Origin: Candidatus Omnitrophota bacterium
Lineage (GTDB): Bacteria > Omnitrophota > Omnitrophia > Omnitrophales > Aquincolibacteriaceae
DNA length: 64,000 nt
Assembly (NCBI GenBank): GCA_022711115.1
Contig: JAKLFP010000009.1
Span: forward strand, 4,622-68,621
Reading direction: 5' to 3'
A program made the position numbers and the translations under genes. This document shows, one piece after another, positions 18,769-27,680 of the stretch. Within the stretch, counting starts at the first letter, position 1; every line of letters starts with the position of its first letter. The notes below the pieces were generated by a model, which had not been told where the DNA came from, made no database searches, and saw only the letters and a list, made by a program, of their open reading frames with translations.

Positions 18769-18820
18769 GGTGACAGTCACCCAAAAGTGACTGTCACTTC
18801 ACGCCGTTACATCATTCCGC
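18769..18820. repeat. REP2 palindromic element, copy 2
   Basis: See copy 1. Confidence 0.75.
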
Positions 18821-19203
18821 ATTCGGCGTTCGGCATTCCCTCGTCTCGCGCCCCGTGCCCCGTCTGTGGCATTTTCAATCAAAATTTTCCTGATCTTCAA
18901 CGTCTTCCCGGTCAGGATCTGTAAGGGGTCGATTACGTTCTTTCTGTTTTGTAAACCAACCAGACGCCCGGCCTCGGTCATGATTTTAATGTTTGTACCG
19001 TTAAGCTTCTCGACAGCGATCGTGTCTGGATCGTCAAAGACCCATTCGAAACCAGGGCTCACCCGGTCGACCGCGAGACGCACCTCCGGAGCACGCAAGC
19101 CGTACCGGCTGCCACATTGCGCAAACTGATCCTTATTGACCGGAAAGGTCTGGCGAAGGAACGGGCATTCGATCTTTGGGAAATCAGTCAGTGTTTCCAT
19201 CAT
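18799..19203 (-). CDS. Hypothetical protein, 134 aa; possibly a truncated ATP-dependent ligase-like nucleotidyltransferase
   Basis: VEKLNGTN resembles ligase motif I (KxNG). The ORF ends in the REP2 palindrome. Weak. Confidence 0.3.
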   Translation of the reverse strand: MMETLTDFPKIECPFLRQTFPVNKDQFAQCGSRYGLRAPEVRLAVDRVSPGFEWVFDDPDTIAVEKLNGTNIKIMTEAGRLVGLQNRKNVIDPLQILTGKTLKIRKILIENATDGARGARRGNAERRMRNDVTA

Positions 19204-19215
19204 TTTTCTTATGGA

Positions 19216-20358
19216 TCAAAGGAGCTTACCGCTCCAAAGACGCTCGAGGAATTCTTGCCAGGGTAAGATTTCGATCCCTCCGGGGATGCTCCGGGGTTCC
19301 CTCTCAGTACAAACCACCACAGCCTTTTTTACGGGACCGTCTTCGAGAAGAGCTCGAAGGCCCCTCAGGTCCCCTTCATGAACTTTTCCGGACTTGATCT
19401 CGACCGCCGCTTCTTTTTCGCCAAGAATAAAATCCACTTCCTGTTTCGCTGCGGTACGCCAGTAGCGGATCGTCATCTCCGGCTCCCGGTAGGCCTGGTA
19501 CGCGCGCAATTCCATGAGGATGAAATGCTCGAACGCTTTTCCGAAATCGCTGTTACCCGGAACGGGATGCCGGCCGGCCAGAAACCCCGCGACGCCGACG
19601 TCAAAAAAATAAAATTTTTCGGCAAGAATCATGCGCCTGTTCTCTGACTTTGTCCAAGGGGGGATACGAAAACCCAAAAAAGTATCCTCGAGAATGTCAA
19701 AATACAAACGGACCGTCCGCTGCGAAACGCCGCACTCGCGGGCGATGTTGGTATAGTTCAGGATTTCGCTCGAAGTCAGCGTGGCGACCCGCAAAAAATC
19801 AGAAAAAGAAGGAATGCTCTGCGTCAGCGCTTCCGCGGCGATCTCTTCTTTCAGGTAATCCGCGACATAGGAGCGAAGATCCTCGGCGGGGCTCTCTGAA
19901 AGAAAATGGGGTGGCAGCATCCCGGTGAAGAGCGCCTTTTCCAATTGGAAGCCCGTGACCTCGGAAAAGGATAGCGGCAACATCACACGCCGCCACGCCC
20001 GTCCTCCCAACAAATTGGCATGCCCTCTTCGGAGCTTCCTGGCGCTGGATCCCGTCAAAAGAAATTGTGCTCCCCGTTCTTCGATCAACCACTGAACCTC
20101 GTCGAGAAGCCGCGGTATTTTTTGAACTTCGTCGATCACGATCATTTTTCCGTATTTTTCGTACCGCTCGCGCAAAAGCGCCGGTCGCGCCGCATATTCG
20201 GCAAAAACATCCGTTTGAAGCAGATCGATCAGCTTAACGCCTTTAAGGTGTTTGCGGATCCAAAAGCTTTTTCCTGCTTTACGCGGACCCCACAAAAAGC
20301 AGGATTTTCCCTTAGGGAGGTGAAGGTCGACTTGGCGCTCTATGATTTTTGTACTCAT
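19216..20358 (-). CDS. AAA+ ATPase with C-terminal DUF4143 (COG1373), copy 2
   Basis: Walker A GPRKAGKS. C-terminal EVDFILGEK...VEIK looks like a PD-(D/E)xK motif. Confidence 0.8.
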   Translation of the reverse strand: MSTKIIERQVDLHLPKGKSCFLWGPRKAGKSFWIRKHLKGVKLIDLLQTDVFAEYAARPALLRERYEKYGKMIVIDEVQKIPRLLDEVQWLIEERGAQFLLTGSSARKLRRGHANLLGGRAWRRVMLPLSFSEVTGFQLEKALFTGMLPPHFLSESPAEDLRSYVADYLKEEIAAEALTQSIPSFSDFLRVATLTSSEILNYTNIARECGVSQRTVRLYFDILEDTFLGFRIPPWTKSENRRMILAEKFYFFDVGVAGFLAGRHPVPGNSDFGKAFEHFILMELRAYQAYREPEMTIRYWRTAAKQEVDFILGEKEAAVEIKSGKVHEGDLRGLRALLEDGPVKKAVVVCTEREPRSIPGGIEILPWQEFLERLWSGKLL

Positions 20359-20533
20359 GGCGTTATATTATCGTGATAAATTTACAGTTGTCAACATATT
20401 ATTTTTCTTGTTTTTTGCCATATCTAGAGAGAACAGGAAGCTCAATACGTACCACGGGCCACGAGCCACGGGCCACGCCCCACGTTCCGCGTACCACGCA
20501 CCAAGCACCACGTACCAGGTACCATATCGTACC

Positions 20534-20613
20534 TAAGAAAAGACTACCTGATGGGAAACCAATTGTAAACCTTAAAATAAATAATTGTAAACCACGCCTC
20601 ACGCACTTGCGCC
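20534..20613. repeat. Direct repeat DR2b
   Basis: See DR2a. Confidence 0.85.
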
Positions 20614-20649
20614 GATCCGCCCTCACCCCGCGCCCCTCGCCCCGTTCCC

Positions 20650-20768
20650 CGTTCCGGGTTACGAGGACCACGCGTCGGTGTGCCGGTGTCCTGCCTCTCG
20701 TCAGGGACGGTTCTTGCGACAAGAACCGTCCCTAGCGCGTCCCTCGTCTCGTGTCCCGGGTTTCGGGA
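20650..20768. repeat. R1 element, partial copy C (core only)
   Basis: Same 13-bp IR core. Upstream of DUF4143 ATPase copy 2. Confidence 0.75.
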
Positions 20769-20787
20769 AGAGCATGAAACAGAAATG

Positions 20788-21531
20788 CTATCCGGGCAGA
20801 TGTTTTTCCAGCTCTGAGATTAACGTTTTGTTGAAGTTCTTGAGCAGGATGTGCTGGCTGACCGGAAGGAACTGCTTAAGTTCGCTTTTAAGATCGAGTC
20901 TCTGTTTTGACGCCACGCTCACTAACTTGGCCTTGATTGTTTTATCCTTACCAAACACCGGCCCGAACGCCATCCGGCTTCGCAGGATGAAATAAAGGTC
21001 ATAAAAATCCCTGGCCTTGCTGCGTGTCAAGGCAGCCTCGACTTTTTCTCTCACCAGATCCTGCTCGTTTAAATGATAAAGTGTATAGGCCGGCACAAAG
21101 TCGGATTGAACAAGAGCCGCGGTACCGCCTTTCCTTTGGGCCTTGTTGCGCAGGGACACTTCCATCTGAATCCCGCTTTGATATCCATCCCCCGACAACT
21201 GAAAGACCGCCAAGTAACCCCCTGATGTTTTTTTGGACTCCTCGATCACCGCTTGGATCCCTTGCGCTTCCATGCTCACTAAAACAGCTTCCACGACCCC
21301 CTCGATCTGGCGGATGGATATTCCGACCCCGTTAAAGTCCAGGTCCTCCGAAAAGCGCGGACTCCCATAAACAATCCGCAGAGCCGTGCCGCCTTTAAAA
21401 AGAAGTTTTTCGGAGTGCTTTTCCCGGTAGAGTTCCGAAAGAAAAATGTGCTGGAAGTATTCTTTCACCACATGATCAAGGGTCGTTTGATATTGATCCG
21501 TGATCTGACGCAGCGCTTGGACGCCGATCAT
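20788..21531 (-). CDS. abiEii: AbiEii-family nucleotidyltransferase toxin, pair 2
   Basis: FKGGTALRIVYGSPRFSEDLDFNG motif. 4-nt overlap with upstream AbiEi. Confidence 0.85.
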   Translation of the reverse strand: MIGVQALRQITDQYQTTLDHVVKEYFQHIFLSELYREKHSEKLLFKGGTALRIVYGSPRFSEDLDFNGVGISIRQIEGVVEAVLVSMEAQGIQAVIEESKKTSGGYLAVFQLSGDGYQSGIQMEVSLRNKAQRKGGTAALVQSDFVPAYTLYHLNEQDLVREKVEAALTRSKARDFYDLYFILRSRMAFGPVFGKDKTIKAKLVSVASKQRLDLKSELKQFLPVSQHILLKNFNKTLISELEKHLPG

Positions 21532-22133
21532 AAAACCTTCTCCGCTAGGATCATCAGGCTTTTTCTGTCGAAAAGTTTTGCGTAGCGCATCACCGTTTCA
21601 CCGTGAACCTTCCCTTTCAGATTCAGCCGTTCATTCAGTTGTTTTAGCTTGAGATCCACGAAGTAAAGATAATCCGCAAGCGCTTTTTCCGGCTCAGCGA
21701 TCAGGATCACACCGGCATCCGCCTTTAAGTTCCGGTATCCCGTAAAGGCCCTGCGCTTGATCCGCGAGTATTCGTAGGACCTGCCCTCCGCGGCAAATGT
21801 CCTTGTGATTTTTGTCGTGACGGAAGTCACGGAATAGACTGTCTCCGGGATCATTCGGTAATGAGCGAGCGCGTATTCCAGGGAAAGGTAGGATGGCGTA
21901 TAAAGGCGATTCGCGATCTCGGTCTCAGCCGGAAGATTCGAGCGGAGCGCGTAGAGGTTGTTTTTCAACTTAACAAAAAGGTCCGTTTTGTGGTCCTTGA
22001 TAAACTCTTGGGCCGCCCTGAGGGATATCCCAAAGACACGCCGGAATTCTTCAGGCGAAAAGAGCCGGACCTTCTTTTGAGTCAAGCTGTTTAAAACATC
22101 GATCGGTTTAAGCAATTTCATTTTTCGCTCCAT
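21528..22133 (-). CDS. abiEi: AbiEi-family antitoxin, pair 2
   Basis: N-terminal wHTH-like region. Position and coupling immediately upstream of AbiEii. Confidence 0.8.
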   Translation of the reverse strand: MERKMKLLKPIDVLNSLTQKKVRLFSPEEFRRVFGISLRAAQEFIKDHKTDLFVKLKNNLYALRSNLPAETEIANRLYTPSYLSLEYALAHYRMIPETVYSVTSVTTKITRTFAAEGRSYEYSRIKRRAFTGYRNLKADAGVILIAEPEKALADYLYFVDLKLKQLNERLNLKGKVHGETVMRYAKLFDRKSLMILAEKVL

Positions 22134-22161
22134 ATAGCGCTAAAACTGAAACGATTAAATT

Positions 22162-22449
22162 CTACCGCAAACCATCCTCCTTGACTATAAAAATCTCATG
22201 CCCGCCATCCCTCGCCCCGTTCCCCGTTCCGCTCCCCGTGTCTCCTGCCCCTTGCCCCGCGAATTCTCGCTTGTCCAGAATTCGCAGACGCATAATCAGC
22301 GCCGCGAGGATCCAGAGATAACTGGAGACTTCCTGCGAATCAAGCCGCGAGCCGAACATGTTGCTCAGAGCAAAATCAAAGCAGAGAGAAATGGCAATTA
22401 TGGACAGAATGGCCAATGAGGCCCATTTGCCTGGAATTTGAAACCACAA
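22162..22449 (-). pseudogene. Duplicated C-terminal fragment of the O-antigen-ligase-like gene 23889..25454
   Basis: Encodes ...SNMFGSRLDSQEVSSYLWILAALIMRLRILDKREFAGQGAGDTGS, identical to the C-terminus of the 521-aa ligase. A 135-bp nucleotide direct repeat (22231..22365) matches 23961..24095. Confidence 0.6.
22231..22365. repeat. Direct repeat DR3a (135 bp), partner at 23961..24095; flanks DUF4143 ATPase copy 3 plus R1
   Basis: About 95% identity. It is the 3' coding end of the ligase gene. Confidence 0.8.
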
Positions 22450-23608
22450 GCCCCGCGGGACTACGGCCTCCCGAGAGCTTAAGCCATGCTTTTAATGACG
22501 CTGCATGCTGGTCCGTCACCGTTGAAGACAATTTAAATTCTACGGGGAATATCTTGTTGGAAACTTCCACCAAGAGATCGACCTCGAAACCATCGATACT
22601 TCTCCAGAAATAAAGACTTGCCGGATCAAGAAAAGCTGAGAAGCGTTTGATGAACTGAGTCACACATGCCGTTTCAAAAAGCGCCCCGGCCATCGGTCCC
22701 TGCAAAAGGTGCTCCTCATCCTGCAATCCAACCAAATAACAGACAAGCCCCGTATCCATGAAATAACACTTTGGGGTCTTGACAATCCTTTTGCCGAAAT
22801 TTCGATGATAGGGATAAAGAAGGTGGATCAGAGAACTGGATTCCAAAAAAGACACCCAAGACTTGATGGTCGGAACCGTGGCACCTACGTCCCTTGCCAA
22901 AGTGGAATAATTCATTTCCTGCGCCGTGCGACTTGCCAGGAGCCTCACAAAACGCTCGAACTCATTCAAATTTGAAGTTCTTATATTGCCCCTCACATCC
23001 CGGTCAATATAACTTTGCAAATAACTTGAAAACCATAACTTTAAAGAAACTTTTTTCTTGGTAAAAATTTCCGGATACCCGCCACGCAAAAGCCATTGAC
23101 CGCAAGAAAGAGATTTATCTACCGGGGTGCCCGCGGAATATAAATGCCGGATGAAAGATTCCGCCGTCCTAAGCTTTACGCGTAGATGATGGTTCATTTC
23201 ACTCAAAGAAAATGGGAACAAGGTGAGAATCGCAACGCGCCCGGCCAAGGACTCCCCGACATTCCGCATCAATGGAAAAGCCTGCGAACCGGTTAAAATC
23301 CATTGCCCCGGTTTCCGGTCACGGTCAATGGCAGCTTTGATATAAGAAAGAAGCTGGGGAGCATGCTGAATTTCATCAATGATAACCGGATTCGGATATT
23401 TTGTTAAAAAACCGCGCGGATCATGAATCGCCAAGGAGCGGGTATCCATTTCATCCAGAGAAACATAACGATACCGCTCCCCTCCCGCTTTTTGAACCAA
23501 GGTGCTCTTCCCCGCTTGACGGGGACCAGTCACCACAACGGATGGGAACGTTTTTAAAGCCTTACCCAGAGACTCTTCGAGCAGTCGATGAATATACATG
23601 GCGACCAT
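22376..23608 (-). CDS. AAA+ ATPase with C-terminal DUF4143 (COG1373), copy 3
   Basis: Walker A GPRQAGKST. C-terminal FEVDLLVEVSNK...VEFK looks like a PD-(D/E)xK motif. Confidence 0.8.
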   Translation of the reverse strand: MVAMYIHRLLEESLGKALKTFPSVVVTGPRQAGKSTLVQKAGGERYRYVSLDEMDTRSLAIHDPRGFLTKYPNPVIIDEIQHAPQLLSYIKAAIDRDRKPGQWILTGSQAFPLMRNVGESLAGRVAILTLFPFSLSEMNHHLRVKLRTAESFIRHLYSAGTPVDKSLSCGQWLLRGGYPEIFTKKKVSLKLWFSSYLQSYIDRDVRGNIRTSNLNEFERFVRLLASRTAQEMNYSTLARDVGATVPTIKSWVSFLESSSLIHLLYPYHRNFGKRIVKTPKCYFMDTGLVCYLVGLQDEEHLLQGPMAGALFETACVTQFIKRFSAFLDPASLYFWRSIDGFEVDLLVEVSNKIFPVEFKLSSTVTDQHAASLKAWLKLSGGRSPAGLVVSNSRQMGLIGHSVHNCHFSLL

Positions 23609-23688
23609 TTTAAAGTACTACTTTAAAATTGCAATCCTTTTTTATCCCTCTTCATTTTCAAGGTCAACGCCTACGGCCTTGGTACCAT

Positions 23689-23914
23689 GTGCCGGCGTAT
23701 CGGCGTGTTCGCCGTTACGTCCCGCGCCCCGTGTCTCGTTCCCCGCTCCCCGTTCCGGGTTACGAGCACCACGCGTCGGTGTGCCGGTGTCCTGCCTCTC
23801 GTCAGGGACGGTTCTTGCGACAAGAACCGTCCCTAGCGCGCCCCCCGTCTCGTGTCCCGAATTTAAAGCTTCGGATTTTGGGCCTTCGTTAAGAAGGAAC
23901 GTATTGCCAACCAT
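23689..23914. repeat. R1 element, full copy B
   Basis: See copy A. Lies between DUF4143 ATPase copy 3 and the ligase 3' end. Confidence 0.8.
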
Positions 23915-25454
23915 CCTCACCTATTTTCCACGTCCCGCCCCCTGCCCCGTTCCCCGTCTCGCTCCCCGTGTCTCCTGCCCCTTGCCCCGCGAATTCTCGC
24001 TTATCGAGAATTCGCAAGCGCATAATCAGCGCCGCGAGGATCCAGAGATAACTGGAGACTTCCTGCGAATCAAGCCGTGAGCCGAACATATTGCTGAGAA
24101 GAAGCCCGAAAATACCTCCGAGCCAACCGAGCGCAAGCGCTTTTGCAAAAGGATCTTTGGTTGTGAGATAAAGTTTTCGCGTATTCAAAAAAATAAGCAG
24201 AATAATCCATAGGAAAATAACGAGCGCCGGGATCCCCATTTCTCCGGCAATAATAAGATAAGTATTGTGCGCATCCCACTTCCTATCGACTTCCAGATAG
24301 TATTTAATGACGATCGGAAAGAGCCCGTAGCCAACGCCGAATATTGGATTATCTTGGACCATCTGGAGCCCTGCACGCCAAATTTTCACCCGTTGCTGAG
24401 AGCTCGCGTCCAGATCGCCTTCATTGTATTCCTCTTTCAGGGTCTCGCTGTAATCACCCTGTGATTTCACGGTTTGACCCATTCGGTACTGGATCCCCGA
24501 GGGTAACAGTGTAGGATTCAAATAAACAAAGAAACCGAGCAAGAGAAGAAACATGAAAAGTATTTTATTCCGGAAAAAAGTGATCGCAAAAAGTCCCAGT
24601 GCGAATGCCAGATAACCGCCCCGCGAAAACGTGACCATGATGCCGCGGAAGCACAACAGAAACGGAATGAGCAAAAGCCAATACTTTGCTTTTTTCATAT
24701 TTAACAGAAAAAAACCAAACACAAGGAACATATAATAATTAAAAAATGCCGCCAACATATTGGGTTGTTCGCAAATCCCCCCGATCCTGGATTTTTCCAA
24801 ACTACCCATCTCCCCCTGATCGATATATGTCCAGATGGCCATCAATGCGGCCACGGTGGTGACGATCATCATGATAATCGATACATTTTTGATCGTGCCG
24901 CGATCCTTCACAGTATTTAATACCAGGAAGTAAAACAAAATCGGCGTGATCCATCGCTTATAATCGATCAAGATCCCGTTAATGCTCGAGATATCATAGA
25001 AACTGCCCCTGGCAATTGAAATAAAACCAATCAGGAGAAATAAAAAAACCGGCAAATTGAGCGATGTCCTCAGCCACAGCGGTTCGCCTTCCTTGTACCG
25101 GCCGCTCACCCAGACAAAGATCATGAAGATCATCAGGATATTGGTAAAGTTCAAAGCCGGCAAAAAATCACCGGCAAGCTCCCTGCTGAAAGGCATGTAG
25201 GCTACCAGGGCGTACGTCACAATCTCCGGCTGTTTGATTCCCTTGAACAACAAAAACATCCCGGCCACTGCGGTCATCCCCAAAATAAGGGCCTTGGGAA
25301 GTTGGACTTCCTTGATGATCAGATACGCGAAAAAGCACACCGCGCCCGTGACCCAGAGATAGGTTTTGCTATCGGGTTTTGGTAACGCTTTCTCACTCGC
25401 GTTCTTATTCATCGTTGTTCTTTCTGGTTCCACGATCCACGGCCCACGAACCAC
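23889..25454 (-). CDS. O-antigen ligase family (Wzy_C) membrane protein
   Basis: Many TM segments. FSRGGYLAFALGLFA and WDAHNTYL motifs, Gly-rich C-terminal tail. The first ~14 codons of the track ORF (a GTG start at 25452-54) lie in CGTGG heptad repeats, so the real start is probably the ATG about 25412 (MNKNASEK). Confidence 0.75.
   Translation of the reverse strand: MVRGPWIVEPERTTMNKNASEKALPKPDSKTYLWVTGAVCFFAYLIIKEVQLPKALILGMTAVAGMFLLFKGIKQPEIVTYALVAYMPFSRELAGDFLPALNFTNILMIFMIFVWVSGRYKEGEPLWLRTSLNLPVFLFLLIGFISIARGSFYDISSINGILIDYKRWITPILFYFLVLNTVKDRGTIKNVSIIMMIVTTVAALMAIWTYIDQGEMGSLEKSRIGGICEQPNMLAAFFNYYMFLVFGFFLLNMKKAKYWLLLIPFLLCFRGIMVTFSRGGYLAFALGLFAITFFRNKILFMFLLLLGFFVYLNPTLLPSGIQYRMGQTVKSQGDYSETLKEEYNEGDLDASSQQRVKIWRAGLQMVQDNPIFGVGYGLFPIVIKYYLEVDRKWDAHNTYLIIAGEMGIPALVIFLWIILLIFLNTRKLYLTTKDPFAKALALGWLGGIFGLLLSNMFGSRLDSQEVSSYLWILAALIMRLRILDKREFAGQGAGDTGSETGNGAGGGTWKIGEDGWQYVPS
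23961..24095. repeat. Direct repeat DR3b
   Basis: See DR3a. Confidence 0.8.
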
Positions 25455-25699
25455 GCACTTCGCACCAGACGGCAGTATGCACTCGGCAGCCTACGGAATG
25501 CTGATTGCTGAATTCGGAATGCAGAATACCGGGTCCGGGTGCTGAATTCCGCATTCGCCATTCGTCATTCCGCATTCGCCATTCGTCATTCCGCATTCCT
25601 CCGCCTCCTACTCCTGAATCCTTAGTCCTTAGTCCCGTTTCTCGTTCTTACTCCTTATTCCTTAATCCTGATCTGTCTTATTTCCTGATCTTTCCTTGG

Positions 25700-26578
25700 C
25701 TATTTCACGCACGAAAAAACCTGATTCAAACGCGAGAGCGCGGTTTCGAGGTTGAAGTTCTTGCGCTCTCCGGCAGTCAAGACCTCAAAGAGTTCTTCCT
25801 CGATCCGGCTGCTCATATCCCTGATCTCTTCGGGCTTTCTCCCCAGGTCCACCCGGTACTTGGCCAACTCCGTATCGCCCCCGTCTTCCGCAAGCTTCTT
25901 CCGGAAAAGTTCCAGAACCTCGGGATCTGCAAGATCAAAATTCTTCCGAAGAATAAAATCAAGGTCATAAAAATCACGGGGGGCGATAGTTTCACGGATG
26001 GCCGCGGCACGCAGTTTTTCAGCTACCAGCTCTTTGAGATCCAGACAACTCACCTCGCCACCATCAAACAAAAGTTTCCCGGTAAAGGGATGTATGAACT
26101 TATGTTGAACCTTATGTTTTCCGACAGGATAGAGCGGGTTAAACCGAAGACCGACCTCGAACTTGATCCTGGCCTCTTGCGGCAGAACCACGGAGGGGTA
26201 GATGAGATAAAAGACATATTGCCTGGACTCGTTCCGGCCGGGGTTCTCCGCGGTATCGAGTTTCATTCCAAACTGCGCCGCGAACTCCCCCATCTTTTCC
26301 TTGATGGGTTTCATGCACCGGCTCCGCACAGACTTGGTCACCTTCCCGTCCGGCAACCGCATGCTGAAATCGAGATCTTCGCTTAAACGATAATAGGAAT
26401 AATAAACTTTGTTGAGACATGTGCCGCCTTTGAATATGAGGTCTGAGCTGAGCTCCTGAAGACGCGAAAGCGCAAGCGTCAGGTAATAATCCTTTTCGAT
26501 CAGCGGGAGAATGAATCCTGTCCGCGCGGAAGTTTGTTTCAGGACATTCAGGAAATCCTCATTATTTTCGTGGATCAC
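25700..26578 (-). CDS. abiEii: AbiEii-family nucleotidyltransferase toxin, pair 3
   Basis: FKGGTCLNKVYYSYYRLSEDLDFSM motif. Confidence 0.85.
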   Translation of the reverse strand: MIHENNEDFLNVLKQTSARTGFILPLIEKDYYLTLALSRLQELSSDLIFKGGTCLNKVYYSYYRLSEDLDFSMRLPDGKVTKSVRSRCMKPIKEKMGEFAAQFGMKLDTAENPGRNESRQYVFYLIYPSVVLPQEARIKFEVGLRFNPLYPVGKHKVQHKFIHPFTGKLLFDGGEVSCLDLKELVAEKLRAAAIRETIAPRDFYDLDFILRKNFDLADPEVLELFRKKLAEDGGDTELAKYRVDLGRKPEEIRDMSSRIEEELFEVLTAGERKNFNLETALSRLNQVFSCVK

Positions 26579-27362
26579 CGACGATCACTCTCCATGTTGT
26601 GCTCAGGTCGCCTTTGCGGGAACCGGTCAGGGAACTGATCGCTGTTTTCTGAACGCTTTTGACGAGAGACCTGAGGACCTTCTGATCGATGCCAAGTCTC
26701 TCCAGAGTCACTCCGATCCGTTTGCGAGTCGTGACATTCGGAAAGCGCGATGCCATGTCCACAAGCTTCGCGACATCGCATTGCTTCCGCTTGACGACCT
26801 CCTTAAGGATCCGGACCGCCGCCGCGGCTCCTCCGACCGGTTTATTAAAATAAACAAGATCGACGAGAGTCCGCTCCCTGGAACTGACCGGAACGGACGC
26901 GCCCTGAACCGTAATTTTTTCGATCCCATACATGCGTTTTTCCGGAACCTTGACGAATTTATAAGCGATGCCGCAGATCGTCTTTTCTTTACAAAGCGTT
27001 GTATTGATCACATAGACCGTCTGGAAGATCTGTTCGGTGAGCCTGTAATAGTTGAACATCGTGGAATAGCCGAGGTAGTAGTTCCCCCGAGGAAGGAAAA
27101 CGGCCGGGATCAGGAACTCATTTACCCGTGTCCCGGTTGGAATCAAATCGAGTGGTGTAAAAACATAGACTCCGTTCTTGATGGGCGTGAGCACTCGCTT
27201 CTGCTTCAGGGTATAGACGAACTGTTTCCGGTATTTAAACCCGTCCGGAAAGAATTTGTCTATCTCGCTTGCCGTAATGATCGTTTTCTTCTCGTAAGTA
27301 AGGCGAGCGATAAATTCAGCTTCCTTAGGCCCAAAACCGCTGATTATATTTTTGTTTATCAT
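26562..27362 (-). CDS. abiEi: AbiEi-family antitoxin, pair 3
   Basis: Position upstream of AbiEii with overlap. N-terminal HTH-like region. Confidence 0.75.
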   Translation of the reverse strand: MINKNIISGFGPKEAEFIARLTYEKKTIITASEIDKFFPDGFKYRKQFVYTLKQKRVLTPIKNGVYVFTPLDLIPTGTRVNEFLIPAVFLPRGNYYLGYSTMFNYYRLTEQIFQTVYVINTTLCKEKTICGIAYKFVKVPEKRMYGIEKITVQGASVPVSSRERTLVDLVYFNKPVGGAAAAVRILKEVVKRKQCDVAKLVDMASRFPNVTTRKRIGVTLERLGIDQKVLRSLVKSVQKTAISSLTGSRKGDLSTTWRVIVGDPRK

Positions 27363-27377
27363 AAGTAACCCAATGGC

Positions 27378-27680
27378 TTACTTTAACATAACGAATTTAC
27401 AATAAAAATCTAGCACGCCGGTCGCATTTGTCAACGGCAAAAAATCACCGGCAAGCTCCCGGCTGAAAGGCATGTAGGCCACCAAGGCGTACGTCACGAT
27501 CTCCGGCTGTTTGATTCCCTTAATAAGCAGAAAAATACCGGACACCACTGTTAATCCCACAATAAGCATTTTCGGAAGCTGTACTTCCTTAATGATCAGA
27601 TAAGCAAAAAAACAAACCGCGACTGTCACCCAAAGGTACGTATTTTTCCCTTCAGAATTGGCAACGGAATTAGTGGTCAT
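27378..27680 (-). pseudogene. Duplicated N-terminal fragment of the O-antigen-ligase-like gene 23889..25454
   Basis: Encodes KNTYLWVTVAVCFFAYLIIKEVQLPK...IVTYALVAYMPFSRELAGDFLP, about 85% identical to the ligase N-terminus. About 250 bp of nucleotide similarity to 25165..25457. Confidence 0.6.

Noticed and set aside
18398-18790. + strand ORFs ending in ...KKRLPDGKPIVNLKINNCKPRLTHLR (also 20349..20735)
   Set aside because: The shared peptide is encoded by the 80-bp direct repeat DR2, a duplication artefact.
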